Source: an uncultured bacterium (lineage in GTDB: Bacteria; Krumholzibacteriota; Krumholzibacteriia; JACNKJ01). Taken from it: a stretch of 64,000 bases of DNA. The notes beneath the pieces were generated by a model. That model saw nothing but the letters and a program-made list of their open reading frames with translations. It was not told where the DNA came from and made no database searches. The stretch lies in the NCBI GenBank assembly GCA_963695095.1, contig CAVOFT010000001.1, forward strand, positions 320,001 through 384,000, written 5' to 3'. The position numbers were made by a program, and so were the translations under genes. Shown piece by piece: positions 10,259 to 19,704 of this stretch (the stretch's first letter is position 1; each line of letters starts with the position of its first letter).

Positions 10259-11144
10259 TCAGCGCAGATTCACGAATCGCCCCGCGCCATTGGGTGCCGT
10301 CCCCTTCCAGATCCGCCCGTTGCCGCTGTCGGCGATGAGGCCCTTGGCGTGGTAGAACCAGGAAGCAACCTGATGGGCGTTGCGGCGCCCGGAGTAGGCA
10401 TTCATTTCGTGGGGCTGGGCGGGATTGCCGTACCAGAAGCCGTAGTACTGCTCATTGCTGAGCAGAGTCCACGGTCCCGACAGCCTGGACGCCACGATTG
10501 GCGAGCAACTGGAACATCCTGTTCTCGTTGCCTTTGAGGTCGCCTGTTTCGTCAGGCATGGCCAGGACTCCGGCGCGGAACGCGCCTGGCAGGCCATGCA
10601 GCGCATCGGCCTTGCTCGCGGCACCGCTCAGCGCGACGCCGCCCTGCGCAAGGGTTCCGGTCGCGCCCGCCCCGGTCAGCCCCGTCCCCCAGTTGCCGAA
10701 GTAGCTCAGCGCGCGGCCGATCAGCGCGGTGTGCTTGCCGTGTCCACCGATCTTGATGAAGAACGCGTACCTGACGCCATCCAGCTGCAACTCCGGGGGC
10801 CGTTCCGCGATTTCGGGGCGTCGGCTGCGCGATGGCGATAGCGGGCGATCCCGCGGCGAGGCCGGCCCAGGCCCCACGCTGACGCTGTATGCCATGGTTT
10901 CAGGCGTCACCGCCAGGTCAAGGGGCGTCGCAACCTGGTCCCCCGGGAAGTACATCGGGGGGGTGTACTCCACCGTTGGAATCATGGAGGAAGGTGCCGG
11001 CAGCCGGCGCGGGGCAGCGGTCGCCGGCTCTGGGATCGAGGCCCGGACCGTGACTGCTTGGGTGTCGACAAGGACGACGGCACTTGGCGAGCAGCAACCC
11101 AGGGTGGCGACGATGGACTTCGCCAGGTCGGAGCCTCGTTTCAT
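10259..11144 (-). CDS. Hypothetical protein, probably frameshifted near 10465 (or a pseudogene)
   Basis: GGAGG RBS before ATG 11144; ORF 10452-11144 plus a protein-like tail in another frame (NEQYYGFWYGNP...RFVNLR*); no family recognised. Confidence 0.45.
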
Positions 11145-11428
11145 CTACCAACCTCCATTTGCCGTCCGGAACTCGAACCGGACCAGGTTTCGGGCGGGCG
11201 CAACCCGCAGCGCGACCCGAGGCGGACGCCAGGGCCCGCGCCGCCCGGCGCCCGATCCGGGAATCGGTCCTGCTCTGAGGCCGCATGTTTGGAGTCTATC
11301 GGCGCCACTGGAGCCTACAAGCGAAATCGTATAGCTCCGATGGCCACAATCGGCCCGCGATCGGGGTCAATAACGGATATTACAATCGGCAAACCCGGGC
11401 CCGGCGGGCGCGGGCGCGCAGGGCGCCC

Positions 11429-11875
11429 TCAGGGTCGCCGGCCGCCGATGCGATAGCCGTAGTCACAGTCCGGCGCCCCGCAGCCCGCGGTGTAGGTGTA
11501 GGTGACGTCGTAGGTGCCGACGAAGGAATCGGGGTCGCTGTACTGGATTGCGTAGCTGGCCACGTAGGTGCCGTAGCAGTCGTCCTGGATATTGATGGGC
11601 ACCGTGGTGGGTGCGGTGGCGCCTTCGCCGCGCAGGGTCTGCGTGTCCCAGGTCCCCGCGATGCCGGCAAAGGTGATCGCGTCTCCCGTCACCACCACGT
11701 TCACGACCGCCCCGAGCGGAGCGGGCACTGCACAGCTGTTGTGATCGAGGGTGTCGGCCAGCATGAAGCTGCCGGAGTAGTTCGGCGTCGAGGTCCCCGA
11801 TGGACCGTCGTCCTTGCCGAAGCAGCCCGCGCTGAGCATCAGAGCGACAAGCAGAAGACCCATTGCACCGCGCAT
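11429..11875 (-). CDS. Hypothetical lipoprotein
   Basis: GGAGG RBS; MRGAMGLLLVALMLSAGC lipobox; Thr/Tyr-rich beta-like body with 4 further Cys. Confidence 0.75.
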   Translation of the reverse strand: MRGAMGLLLVALMLSAGCFGKDDGPSGTSTPNYSGSFMLADTLDHNSCAVPAPLGAVVNVVVTGDAITFAGIAGTWDTQTLRGEGATAPTTVPINIQDDCYGTYVASYAIQYSDPDSFVGTYDVTYTYTAGCGAPDCDYGYRIGGRRP

Positions 11876-11906
11876 CCCCGCACCTCCCAGTGAACAGTCC
11901 GCCCTG

Positions 11907-11992
11907 AGTCTAGCCCCGCTCGCCGCGGCAGGCAAGCGCCTAGCCCGCCAAGGGCCTTGGCAGGCATCTCTGCCGCGAGTTTGCTGCCGGCG
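11907..11992. repeat. Copy 1 of an 86-bp duplicated divergent-promoter segment (copy 2 at 12879-12964)
   Basis: About 77/86 identity by manual alignment; followed by a 36-bp exact copy (11992-12027) of 13261-13296. Confidence 0.9.
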
Positions 11993-12081
11993 GCGTGCCC
12001 ATCATCGCCTCGCTCGGCTACAGCGCCGCCTGGGCGTCCTCGCCGACTGCATCGGCGGCCAGGGCGGGCCCGCGCCCTGAG

Positions 12082-12871
12082 TCAGGGCCGTCGGTTCGGT
12101 CGGCGCATCGGCGGCCAGTTCAGGGGATCCAGCTCGAAGTACTCGGCGAGCACCGCGTGGACGGCGGGGTATTCCTGCTTGAGGTCGCGCGGCAACTCGA
12201 AGAAGAGCTCCACGGCGGTGGCGAAGAACTCGGTCGGGCTCTCGGCCGCGTTGTCGTCGAAGAGCAGCTCCCGCCGCCGGCGCAGCCGGCCCTGGTGCCT
12301 CTCGAAGGCCGTCTGGAAGGCTTCGCGCCAGCGCGCGGCCAGCGCCGGGCTCGGGAGATAGGGCGTCCCATCCGCCTCGCCGGTCTGGTCGTCGAGCTGG
12401 TGGGCGAACTCGTGCAGGACCAGGTTGTAGCCGTCGCGCCGGCGTGACTCGCGCGCGGCGTCCTGCCAGCTCAGCACCACGACGCCCCTCTGCCAGGACT
12501 CCCCGGCGCGTTCGTCGGGACCCTCGTGCACGAGGCCATACTCGTCCTCCTCCGGCTCGCTGACGACGAAGGCCTCGGGGTAGATGAGGATGGTCTCCAG
12601 GCCCGGGTAGTAGTCGGCACCCTGGCGAAGCTGCAGCAGGGCCGCCTGGCCGGAGATCGCCAGGCGCATCGCCTCCGCGATCGCCAGCTTGCCGGCGGAT
12701 TCGAAGTGCTTCTCCGCGAGCAACACCTGCACGACGCCCTCGTGGCGCGCCTGCAGTGGCAGCGGGTAGCGCTGCGCAGAGGGGAGCCGCCGTGGCCAGG
12801 AGCTGGCGCTGGGCCACGGTGAGCGGGGTCTCGAGCAGACGGCGCCGGCGGCGGCCGCGCAGGAAGAACAT
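12082..12871 (-). CDS. Zinc-dependent peptidase M90 (MtfA-like); frameshift near 12755
   Basis: ILIYPEAF, GESWQRGVVVLSW, NLVLHEFAHQLD, EFFATAVELFFE; N-terminus MFFLRGRRRRRL is in another frame. Confidence 0.85.
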
Positions 12872-12878
12872 GGACGCC

Positions 12879-12964
12879 AGTCTAGCCGCGCCCGCCGCGG
12901 CAGGCAAGCGCCTAGCCCGCCAAGGGCCTTGGCAGGCTAGCTCGCCGCGAGTATGCTGCCGGCG
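12879..12964. promoter_or_regulatory. Back-to-back sigma-70-type promoters (copy 2 of the duplication)
   Basis: + strand TTGGCA(12929)-17-TATGCT(12952); - strand TTGCCT-17-TAGACT ending 7 nt before ATG 12871. Confidence 0.65.
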
Positions 12965-12975
12965 AGGAGGAGCCG

Positions 12976-14187
12976 ATGGCGAACCTGGCAGTGGATCTCT
13001 TCGGCCTGCACTTTCCCAACCCGGTCTGGCCGGCGGCCGGCCCCACCGTGCGCGACGGGGCGATGATCCTGCGCCAGGTGGCCGGGGGCGCCGGCGGCGT
13101 GGTCTGCAAGACGATCAGCAGCGAGGCCGCGCCCGTCCCCAAGTACCACATGATGAACCTGGCCCGGAACCGCCGCGGCGGCATGCTCAACGCGGAGCTC
13201 TGGAGCGAGCTGCCGCCCGAGCAATGGCTGGAGCAGGAATACGCCATCGCCCTCACGGCGGGCGTGCCCATCATCGCCTCGCTCGGCTACAGCGCCCGCG
13301 AGGTGGCTCGATTGGGCAGGGCGGCCGAGGCCGCCGGCGTGCATGCGCTGGAAGTCACCGTGCACTACGCCCACTCGGGCGAGGAGCCCTGGCAGGTGAT
13401 GAAGGCCCTGCGCGAGGCGGTATCCCTGCCCATCATCGCCAAGCTCAGCCCCCACGATCCGGCCATGGTGATCGCCACCGCCCAGAAGCTCGAGCCCTTC
13501 GTGGACGGCATCGCCGCCATCAACAGCCTGGGGCCGGCCCTGCGCATCGACATCGAGGCCTGCCAGCGCGTGATGGGCACCGAGTACGGCTACGGCTGGC
13601 TGAGCGGGCCGCCGATCAAGCCGGTCGCCCTGCGCATCGTCTTCGATCTCGCCCGCACGGTGAAGGTGCCGGTGATCGGCGTGGGCGGCATCCGCACGGG
13701 CGCGGACGTGGTGGAGTTCCTGATGGCCGGCGCCAGCGCCGTGCAGATCTGCACGGCGAACATCTACGAGGGGCCGGAGGTCTTTGCGCGCGTCAACCGC
13801 GAGCTGAACGCCTGGCTGGACGCCCACGGCCATGCGAGCGCCGAGGAGATCGTCGGGCTCTACCCGAAGAAGCTCGGCGCCGAGGCCGGGCGCACCCTGG
13901 CTGGCCTTGGCACCACGGGCCGCGTGCACTTCGCCGGGCCGCCGCCCAGCGTCGTGCCGGCGCTGTGCACGCTCTGCAACCTCTGCGTCCTGAGCTGCGA
14001 GTACGACGCCCTGCGCATCGACAAGGCGGAGGACCCCGACGCGGTGATCATCGACGACGAGCGCTGCTTCGTCTGCGGCCTCTGCGTGACGGTCTGCCCC
14101 ACCGCCGCGCTCGAGCTGGACCTCGACACCGAGCTGGGTCCGGCCGGCGCCATCCAGCCGGAGCCCCGCCCCGGAGGCCGCGCGTGA
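12976..14187 (+). CDS. Dihydroorotate/dihydropyrimidine dehydrogenase-fold flavoprotein with C-terminal 2x[4Fe-4S] (PreA-like)
   Basis: VCKT, AKLSP, AINS, GWLSGPPIKP, GVGGI, AVQICT; CTLCNLCVLSC and CFVCGLCVTVCP; canonical NxSCP loop is absent. Confidence 0.85.
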   Translation: MANLAVDLFGLHFPNPVWPAAGPTVRDGAMILRQVAGGAGGVVCKTISSEAAPVPKYHMMNLARNRRGGMLNAELWSELPPEQWLEQEYAIALTAGVPIIASLGYSAREVARLGRAAEAAGVHALEVTVHYAHSGEEPWQVMKALREAVSLPIIAKLSPHDPAMVIATAQKLEPFVDGIAAINSLGPALRIDIEACQRVMGTEYGYGWLSGPPIKPVALRIVFDLARTVKVPVIGVGGIRTGADVVEFLMAGASAVQICTANIYEGPEVFARVNRELNAWLDAHGHASAEEIVGLYPKKLGAEAGRTLAGLGTTGRVHFAGPPPSVVPALCTLCNLCVLSCEYDALRIDKAEDPDAVIIDDERCFVCGLCVTVCPTAALELDLDTELGPAGAIQPEPRPGGRA

Positions 14188-15569
14188 GCCTGCTCATCCG
14201 CAACGCGCGCCTCGTGGCCACCATGGATGAGGGCGGCCGTCGCCTGGCCGGGGCGAGCGTGCTCATCGAGGGCGCGCGCATCGCCGCCATTCTCACGGAG
14301 GCCGAGGCCGCGAGCGCAAGCGCGGATCGCGTCATCGAGGCGGGCGATCTGCTCGTCACGCCGGGGCTCGTCAACACGCACCACCATCTCTACCAGACCC
14401 TGACCCGCGCCCTGCCCGGCGCCCAGGATGCGCCGCTCTTCGACTGGCTCGTTCACCACTACCCGATCTGGCAGCACCTGGACGAGGAGATGCTGGCCAT
14501 TGCGACGCGCACGGGCCTGGCCGAGCTGCTGCTGTCCGGCTGCACGCTGACCAGCGATCACCACTATCTCTTTCCGGCGAGTGCGGCGCCCGACCTCATC
14601 GACCGCCAGATCGCCGTGGCGGCGGCACTCGGCATCCGCTTCCAGCCCACGCGCGGCTCGATGAGCCTGGGCGCGAGCGCCGGCGGCCTGCCGCCGGACG
14701 CGGTCTGTCAGGACGAGAGCGCGATTCTCGCCGACTGCCGGCGCCTGGCCGCGCTCAGCGACCCGGCGCGAGGCGCGATGCTGCGCGTGGACCTGGCGCC
14801 CTGCTCGCCCTTCTCGGTGACGAGCGACACCCTGCGCGCCACGGCGGCCCTGGCCCGAGAAGCGGGCCTGCGCCTGCACACGCACGTCGCCGAGAGCCTG
14901 GACGAGGAGCGCTACTGCCTGGAGCACTTCGGCCGCCGGCCGGTCGCCTACCTCGCCACGCAGGACTGGACGGGCCCCGACGTCTGGTTCGCCCACGCCG
15001 TGCACCTGAACGACGAGGAGATCACCCTGCTCGGTCGCACGGGGACGGGCGTCTCGCATTGCCCCTCGAGCAACATGCGCCTGGGCAGCGGCATCGCGCG
15101 GGTGAAGAAGCTGCTCGCCGCCGGCGCGCCGGTGGGCCTGGCCGTGGACGGCTCGGCCTCCAACGACGGCAACCACCTGCTCGCCGAGGCGAGGCAGATG
15201 CTGCTGCTCAGCCGCCTGCGCGCGCGCGACGAGTGGCTGGGCGCCGATGAAGTCTGGCGCGTGGCCACGCGGGGCGGCGCGACGGTGCTCGGCCGCCCGG
15301 AGCTGGGCAGCGTGGCGCCCGGGCAGTTCGCCGATCTCGCGCTCTGGGACCTGGGCGGCCTCGCGATGGCCGGCGCGCAGGTGGATCCCCTGGGCGGCTT
15401 GCTCCTGGCCGCCGCGGCCTCGCGGCCGCGCTTCGTCATCGTGCATGGCCGCGTGGTGGTGGACGAGGGTCGCATCCCGGGCCTGGACGAGCGCGCCCAG
15501 GCCGCGCGGCACAACGCCGCTGCGGCCGACTTGCTCGAACGCGCCGAGCGCGCGCAGCGGATGGCCTGA
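14184..15569 (+). CDS. Metal-dependent amidohydrolase, 8-oxoguanine deaminase/SsnA-AtzB family
   Basis: PGLVNTHHHLYQTLTR, DHHYLFP, RGSMS, APCSPFSV, HTHVAE, HCPSSNMRLGSG, DGSASND; GTGA coupling. Confidence 0.9.
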   Translation: MSLLIRNARLVATMDEGGRRLAGASVLIEGARIAAILTEAEAASASADRVIEAGDLLVTPGLVNTHHHLYQTLTRALPGAQDAPLFDWLVHHYPIWQHLDEEMLAIATRTGLAELLLSGCTLTSDHHYLFPASAAPDLIDRQIAVAAALGIRFQPTRGSMSLGASAGGLPPDAVCQDESAILADCRRLAALSDPARGAMLRVDLAPCSPFSVTSDTLRATAALAREAGLRLHTHVAESLDEERYCLEHFGRRPVAYLATQDWTGPDVWFAHAVHLNDEEITLLGRTGTGVSHCPSSNMRLGSGIARVKKLLAAGAPVGLAVDGSASNDGNHLLAEARQMLLLSRLRARDEWLGADEVWRVATRGGATVLGRPELGSVAPGQFADLALWDLGGLAMAGAQVDPLGGLLLAAAASRPRFVIVHGRVVVDEGRIPGLDERAQAARHNAAAADLLERAERAQRMA

Positions 15570-15614
15570 GCCGCCGTGGCCGCGACCGAGCCGCGAGATC
15601 GCTGAGGAGCCGCC

Positions 15615-16370
15615 ATGCCCATCCTGCCCTACTTGCTCATCTACGCGCTGCTGCTCAATCTCGGCCTCGCCCTGCGCGGCCTGCGCGGCGGCCCTGACGC
15701 CCCCGGGGGCGAGGAAGCCGCGCCGCCGCCGGCCGTCAAGCGCGTGCTCGTCGTGGGCGCGACGGGCGGCACGGGCCGCCGGCTCGTCGAGCAGGCCCTC
15801 GAGCGGGGCCTGGCCGTCACCGCCTTCGTGCGCCAGCCGGCGCGGCTCGGCATCGAGCACCCGGCGCTGACCGTGGTCCAGGGCGAGGTGCTGGACGCCG
15901 CGAGCCTGGCGCGCGCCGCCACGGGCCAGGACGCCGTGCTCTGCGCGCTCGGCCACAAGCGCTACTACACGGCGCCCCGCCTGCTCTCGCGGGGCACGCG
16001 CCACCTGCTCGCCGCCATGGCGGGCGCGGGAGTGCGCCGCCTCGTCTGCATGAGCTCCCTCGGCCTCGGCAGCAGCGCCGGCCGCCTGGGCCCCGTCTAC
16101 ACCCTCTTCGTGATCCCCTTCGTGCTGCCCCTGTACTTCTGGGACAAGACGCGCCAGGAGCGCCTGATCGCGGCCAGCGGCCTGGACTGGGTGATCGTCC
16201 GCCCGGGCGCCTTGACCAATGGCCCGCGGCGGGGCTCCCTCCGGCAGGGGCCGGCCGTGGGCAGCCTGCTGCAGACCGCGAGCGTGTCGCGCGCGGACGT
16301 CGCCGCCTTCATGCTGGACCAGCTCGCGGAGAATCGCCACCTGGGTCAGGCGGTGGGCGTCACCGGCTGA
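15615..16370 (+). CDS. NAD(P)H-binding atypical SDR (flavin-reductase-like) with N-terminal hydrophobic segment
   Basis: VVGATGGTGRR, WVIVRPGAL, SRADVA. Confidence 0.85.
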   Translation: MPILPYLLIYALLLNLGLALRGLRGGPDAPGGEEAAPPPAVKRVLVVGATGGTGRRLVEQALERGLAVTAFVRQPARLGIEHPALTVVQGEVLDAASLARAATGQDAVLCALGHKRYYTAPRLLSRGTRHLLAAMAGAGVRRLVCMSSLGLGSSAGRLGPVYTLFVIPFVLPLYFWDKTRQERLIAASGLDWVIVRPGALTNGPRRGSLRQGPAVGSLLQTASVSRADVAAFMLDQLAENRHLGQAVGVTG

Positions 16371-16432
16371 TTCGGCGCTTGCGCGCGGGGCGAGGGCGGC
16401 GCATCCTGGCGCGCGATCGGGAGGTGGGCGAC

Positions 16433-16927
16433 ATGGCGAAGCTGCGGGCGCTGCGGCCGGAGGGGGGCATCAGCCTGGGTGCGGGCGGGCTCATCGTGCT
16501 CGCCTTCTTTCTGCCCATGTTTCGCGGCTGCGGCCGCTTCGATGTGACGGGTCTTCAGGCGGCCACCAAGGAGTCGACGCTCTACGCCCCCCTGCTCGTC
16601 GGACTGCTGGCTCTGCTGGCCGGCCTCGTCCTGCTGCGCCTGCGGCGGCTCTGGATCCCCATCGCGGTGGGGGCCATGGCCCTGCTCGCCCTGCTCCAGC
16701 TCCTGGTGCAGTCCGTCCGCTACGCGCTGAACCCGGACTTCCGCGGCGTGAAGCCGCTCATCGGCTTCTGGCTGCTCTTCATCGGACTCTGCGTTCTGAT
16801 CGCCTATCCCGTCCACCTGCTGCTGCGTCCCAGGTTGCCCTACCTGCGCAGCAGGCTGCCCCGCCTGCGGCGCCGCCGCCGCTCAGGGTGCGACGAGCCG
16901 CTCCCAGAAGAGCCGCGCGTAGACTGA
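16433..16927 (+). CDS. Hypothetical membrane protein (about 4 TM)
   Basis: GGAGG RBS and hydrophobic segments; 45-bp convergent overlap with the next gene. Confidence 0.65.
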   Translation: MAKLRALRPEGGISLGAGGLIVLAFFLPMFRGCGRFDVTGLQAATKESTLYAPLLVGLLALLAGLVLLRLRRLWIPIAVGAMALLALLQLLVQSVRYALNPDFRGVKPLIGFWLLFIGLCVLIAYPVHLLLRPRLPYLRSRLPRLRRRRRSGCDEPLPEEPRVD

Positions 16928-18088
16928 GGCCATCAGGCCCTCGGCCTCCCAGGGCACGCCGGCGCTGAGACCGTCGCAGTTGGTGAGCAGGATCAGGCTG
17001 AGTCGCCGCGCGGGCACCTTGATGTAGAGCGCCGACACGCTGGGCGGGAACCAGCCGAAGTGCCAGGCCACCTCGAGGCCATCCACCGTCTCCACGAACC
17101 AACCCAAGGCATAGGGCAGGGGTTTGCCCTCCGCGCCGCGCGCGGGCGTGAACAGCTGCGCGCGGGCCGCCTCGCCGAGGAGGCGGCCATCGTCGAGGGC
17201 CACGTCGAAGCGCGCGAGATCCTCCACCGTGGACACGAGGCCCGCGGCGGTGGTGGCCCCGTAGAGCGGCGTCCAGGCCTCGCCGAGCTGCGTCCGGCGC
17301 GCCGCGGCCGCCGTCGCCGGCAGGCGGTAGACCGGGTCGAGCCGCCAGCGGCTCACGTCGCCCTCGGGCTCGAGGCCGAAGCCGGGGTAGCTCGAGAGCT
17401 GCAGCTCGCCGTCCACGCGCGCGTAGGGCGCCGCGATCGCCGCCGCCACGAATTGCCCCCAGGGCGCGAGCTGGCCGGGCAACGTGCGCGTCATCTTGAG
17501 CGGGGCGAGCAGGCTGTCCCTCAGCACGATGGGGAAGGACTGGCCGGTGACCTCCTCGATCACCCAGGTCAGGTCCGCGAAGATGTTGCCGTTGTACTTG
17601 AAGGCGCTGCCCGGCGGCTCGGCCTCGCTCGTGTGGCTGAGCACCTGGCGCAGGGTGATGGGCCGCTCGGCGTAGCGCTCCGGGTAGTGCGCCCAGTCGC
17701 CGCCGCCCGGCTCGAACCAGGGGTGGATGGCGAAGTCGCGCATCGGCGCGTCGAGCTCGAGTCGGCCGGCTTCGACCAGGCGCAGTAGCAGCACGGCGGC
17801 GAGGGGCTTGCTGAGCGAGGCCAGGCGATAGGGCGTGCGCGGCGTGGCCGGAATCTGCCGCTCGCGATCGGCCCAGCCGAAGCCGCCGGCCCAGGCCTGC
17901 TTGCCGTCCTGCACGACGGCCGCGGCGATCGAAGGCAGGCCGTCGGCCTGCATCTGCTGCTCGAGCGCGAGCGCGAAGGCGATCACCGTCGAGTCCGGAC
18001 GAATGGGGCCCGCTGCTGTCGCGCCGGCGGCGGCGAGCAGGGCGAGGGCGAGTAGAGCGCGCCGGAGCGCGGGGTGCATGGCCGACAT
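16883..18088 (-). CDS. Serine hydrolase, beta-lactamase class C/AmpC-like family
   Basis: Signal peptide; SxxK (ASLSK), LSHTS, FKYNG, WHFG. Confidence 0.85.
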   Translation of the reverse strand: MSAMHPALRRALLALALLAAAGATAAGPIRPDSTVIAFALALEQQMQADGLPSIAAAVVQDGKQAWAGGFGWADRERQIPATPRTPYRLASLSKPLAAVLLLRLVEAGRLELDAPMRDFAIHPWFEPGGGDWAHYPERYAERPITLRQVLSHTSEAEPPGSAFKYNGNIFADLTWVIEEVTGQSFPIVLRDSLLAPLKMTRTLPGQLAPWGQFVAAAIAAPYARVDGELQLSSYPGFGLEPEGDVSRWRLDPVYRLPATAAAARRTQLGEAWTPLYGATTAAGLVSTVEDLARFDVALDDGRLLGEAARAQLFTPARGAEGKPLPYALGWFVETVDGLEVAWHFGWFPPSVSALYIKVPARRLSLILLTNCDGLSAGVPWEAEGLMASVYARLFWERLVAP

Positions 18089-18145
18089 CCTGACCTCCAG
18101 GCCAAGGCAGAGGGCTCGGGTCCAACCCGCGAGCCCGCCGCCGGG

Positions 18146-19277
18146 TTAGCTCTCGAGCTCCGGCTCGCTGCTCGCCGAGCAGTTCTCCGTAGACCTCCAG
18201 CATGCCGCGCGCCGTGCGCTCCCAGGTGAACGCCGCGGCATGCGCGCGCGCGGCCTCGCGCTCGGCGGGGGTGGCCGCGAGCGCCGCGAGCAGCGCCGCC
18301 GCGATGTCCGCCGGCGACTCCGGATCGCAGAGGCGGGCGTGCCCGCCGGCGATCTCGGGCAGGGCGCCGCGATTGCTGGCCGCCACCGGCGTGCCGCAGG
18401 CCATGGCCTCGAGCAGGGGCAGGCCGAAGCCCTCGGCGAAGCTGGGCAGGCAGAGGGCCGCCGCGTGCGTGTAGAGCGTGCGCAGGACGGCGTCCGGCAC
18501 CACGCCCAGGCGGAGCAGGCGGGGACCGAGGGCCCGCCAGGCCGGGTCGGCGAGCAGCTCCGCAGCGCCATGCCCCTCGCCGCCCACCACGGCCAGCCGG
18601 CAGTCGGCGAGTGCGGATTCGGAGAGGAGCGCGCGCAGCAGGCCGAGCAGGTTCTTGCGCCGATCGATGGCCCCCACGAAGAGCAGGTAGGGACGCCCGT
18701 CCGCCAGCCCGTGGCGCGTCAGCACGGTCTCCCGCGCCGCCGGCGCGGGCCCCGTGAAGGCCGGGCTCACCCCTTCGTGCACGACGACGACGCGCTCGGG
18801 CGGGCAATCCACGCGCTCGAGGAAGTCGCGCCGCGTGGCCTCGCTCACGGCGACGATGCGGGCGCAGCTCGCGGGCAGCGCCCGGTAGGCGGCGATCTTG
18901 CGCGCGCGGAAGGCGGCGGGCGACCACTGGTCCGAGAGCAGGGCGAAGATGTCGTGCAGCGTGGCCACGCGGGCCACGCCGCGCCAGGCGGGCACGCGCA
19001 GGTCCGTGCCGTGCACCAGCGCGGGGCGCGGCCCGAGCAGGGGCAGGGGCTCCTGGTACCAGAAGCGCGGCACCCCGACGAGACAGCGCCCGCGCTCCCG
19101 CCAGCGGGAGAGCCGATAGGCGAACTGAAACTGGTATGGCGCCTCCTCGCGTGCGGCGAGCGCCAGCAGGGCCTCCCCCAGCTCCCGCGTGTAGCGGGCC
19201 ACCCCGCTGGGCCGCGGCGTGCAGAGGGCACTCGCTTCGATGGCGACGGGAAGCAGGGCAGGGCGGGTGCGGGGCAT
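18146..19277 (-). CDS. Glycosyltransferase family 4 (GT-B); likely indel just before the stop
   Basis: TLHD, VSEAT, FVGAIDRRKN, PSFAEGFGLPLLEAMACGTPV, FTWERTA; TAA at 18146-18148 is out of frame with the gene. Confidence 0.88.
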
Positions 19278-19341
19278 GGCGCAGTCTAGTCGTCCCGCGC
19301 GCGAAATCGCAACGCTTCCCGTCTTGACGCTCGCGCGGGAG

Positions 19342-19355
19342 TGTACACGTGTACA
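19342..19355. promoter_or_regulatory. Palindrome TGTACACGTGTACA, copy 1 (intergenic, within a larger imperfect inverted repeat)
   Basis: Perfect 14-bp palindrome flanked by cgcgcg arms; also at 36544 and 41062. Confidence 0.7.
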
Positions 19356-19522
19356 AATCTCGCGCGGTATTCGATGCGAGGCGACGTAACTCACGCGTTC
19401 GACGCGAGGCTAGCCGCCGTCCAGGTCGCGGTCAGCGGTAGTACCGGCAAGGGCAAGCATCGCGCCGAAGGCCGCGGGAACTGCAGGTCCCGCCCCCATT
19501 GCATGAATCTCACCGCGGCGCG

Positions 19523-19551
19523 TTGACGCAAAGGCATTGCAGGTCCATAAT
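19523..19551 (+). promoter_or_regulatory. Sigma-70-type promoter for the S8 protease
   Basis: TTGACG-17-CATAAT. Confidence 0.6.
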
Positions 19552-19704
19552 GGTGGCAGCCTGCCATCCAGGAGCCCGGCGCGCGGCGCGGGGAGTCAGC
19601 AAACTGCTGGCAAATGCAGCACTTAGCCCGAGAACGCGAACGGCGCTCTGATCTTTACCGGGGGAAGGAAAGGAGATAGTAGAAGAACCCCTGCATGGAG
19701 GTGT

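Noticed and set aside
12039..12050. 12-bp match (ctcgccgactgc) to the amidohydrolase near 14727
   Set aside because: Short and GC-rich; better explained by the longer alignment to the kinase 3' end.
16779..19394. 871-aa glycosyltransferase fusion ORF
   Set aside because: GT4 homology ends near 18170 and the rest is an off-frame reading of the serine hydrolase; a missed stop from an indel is more likely.
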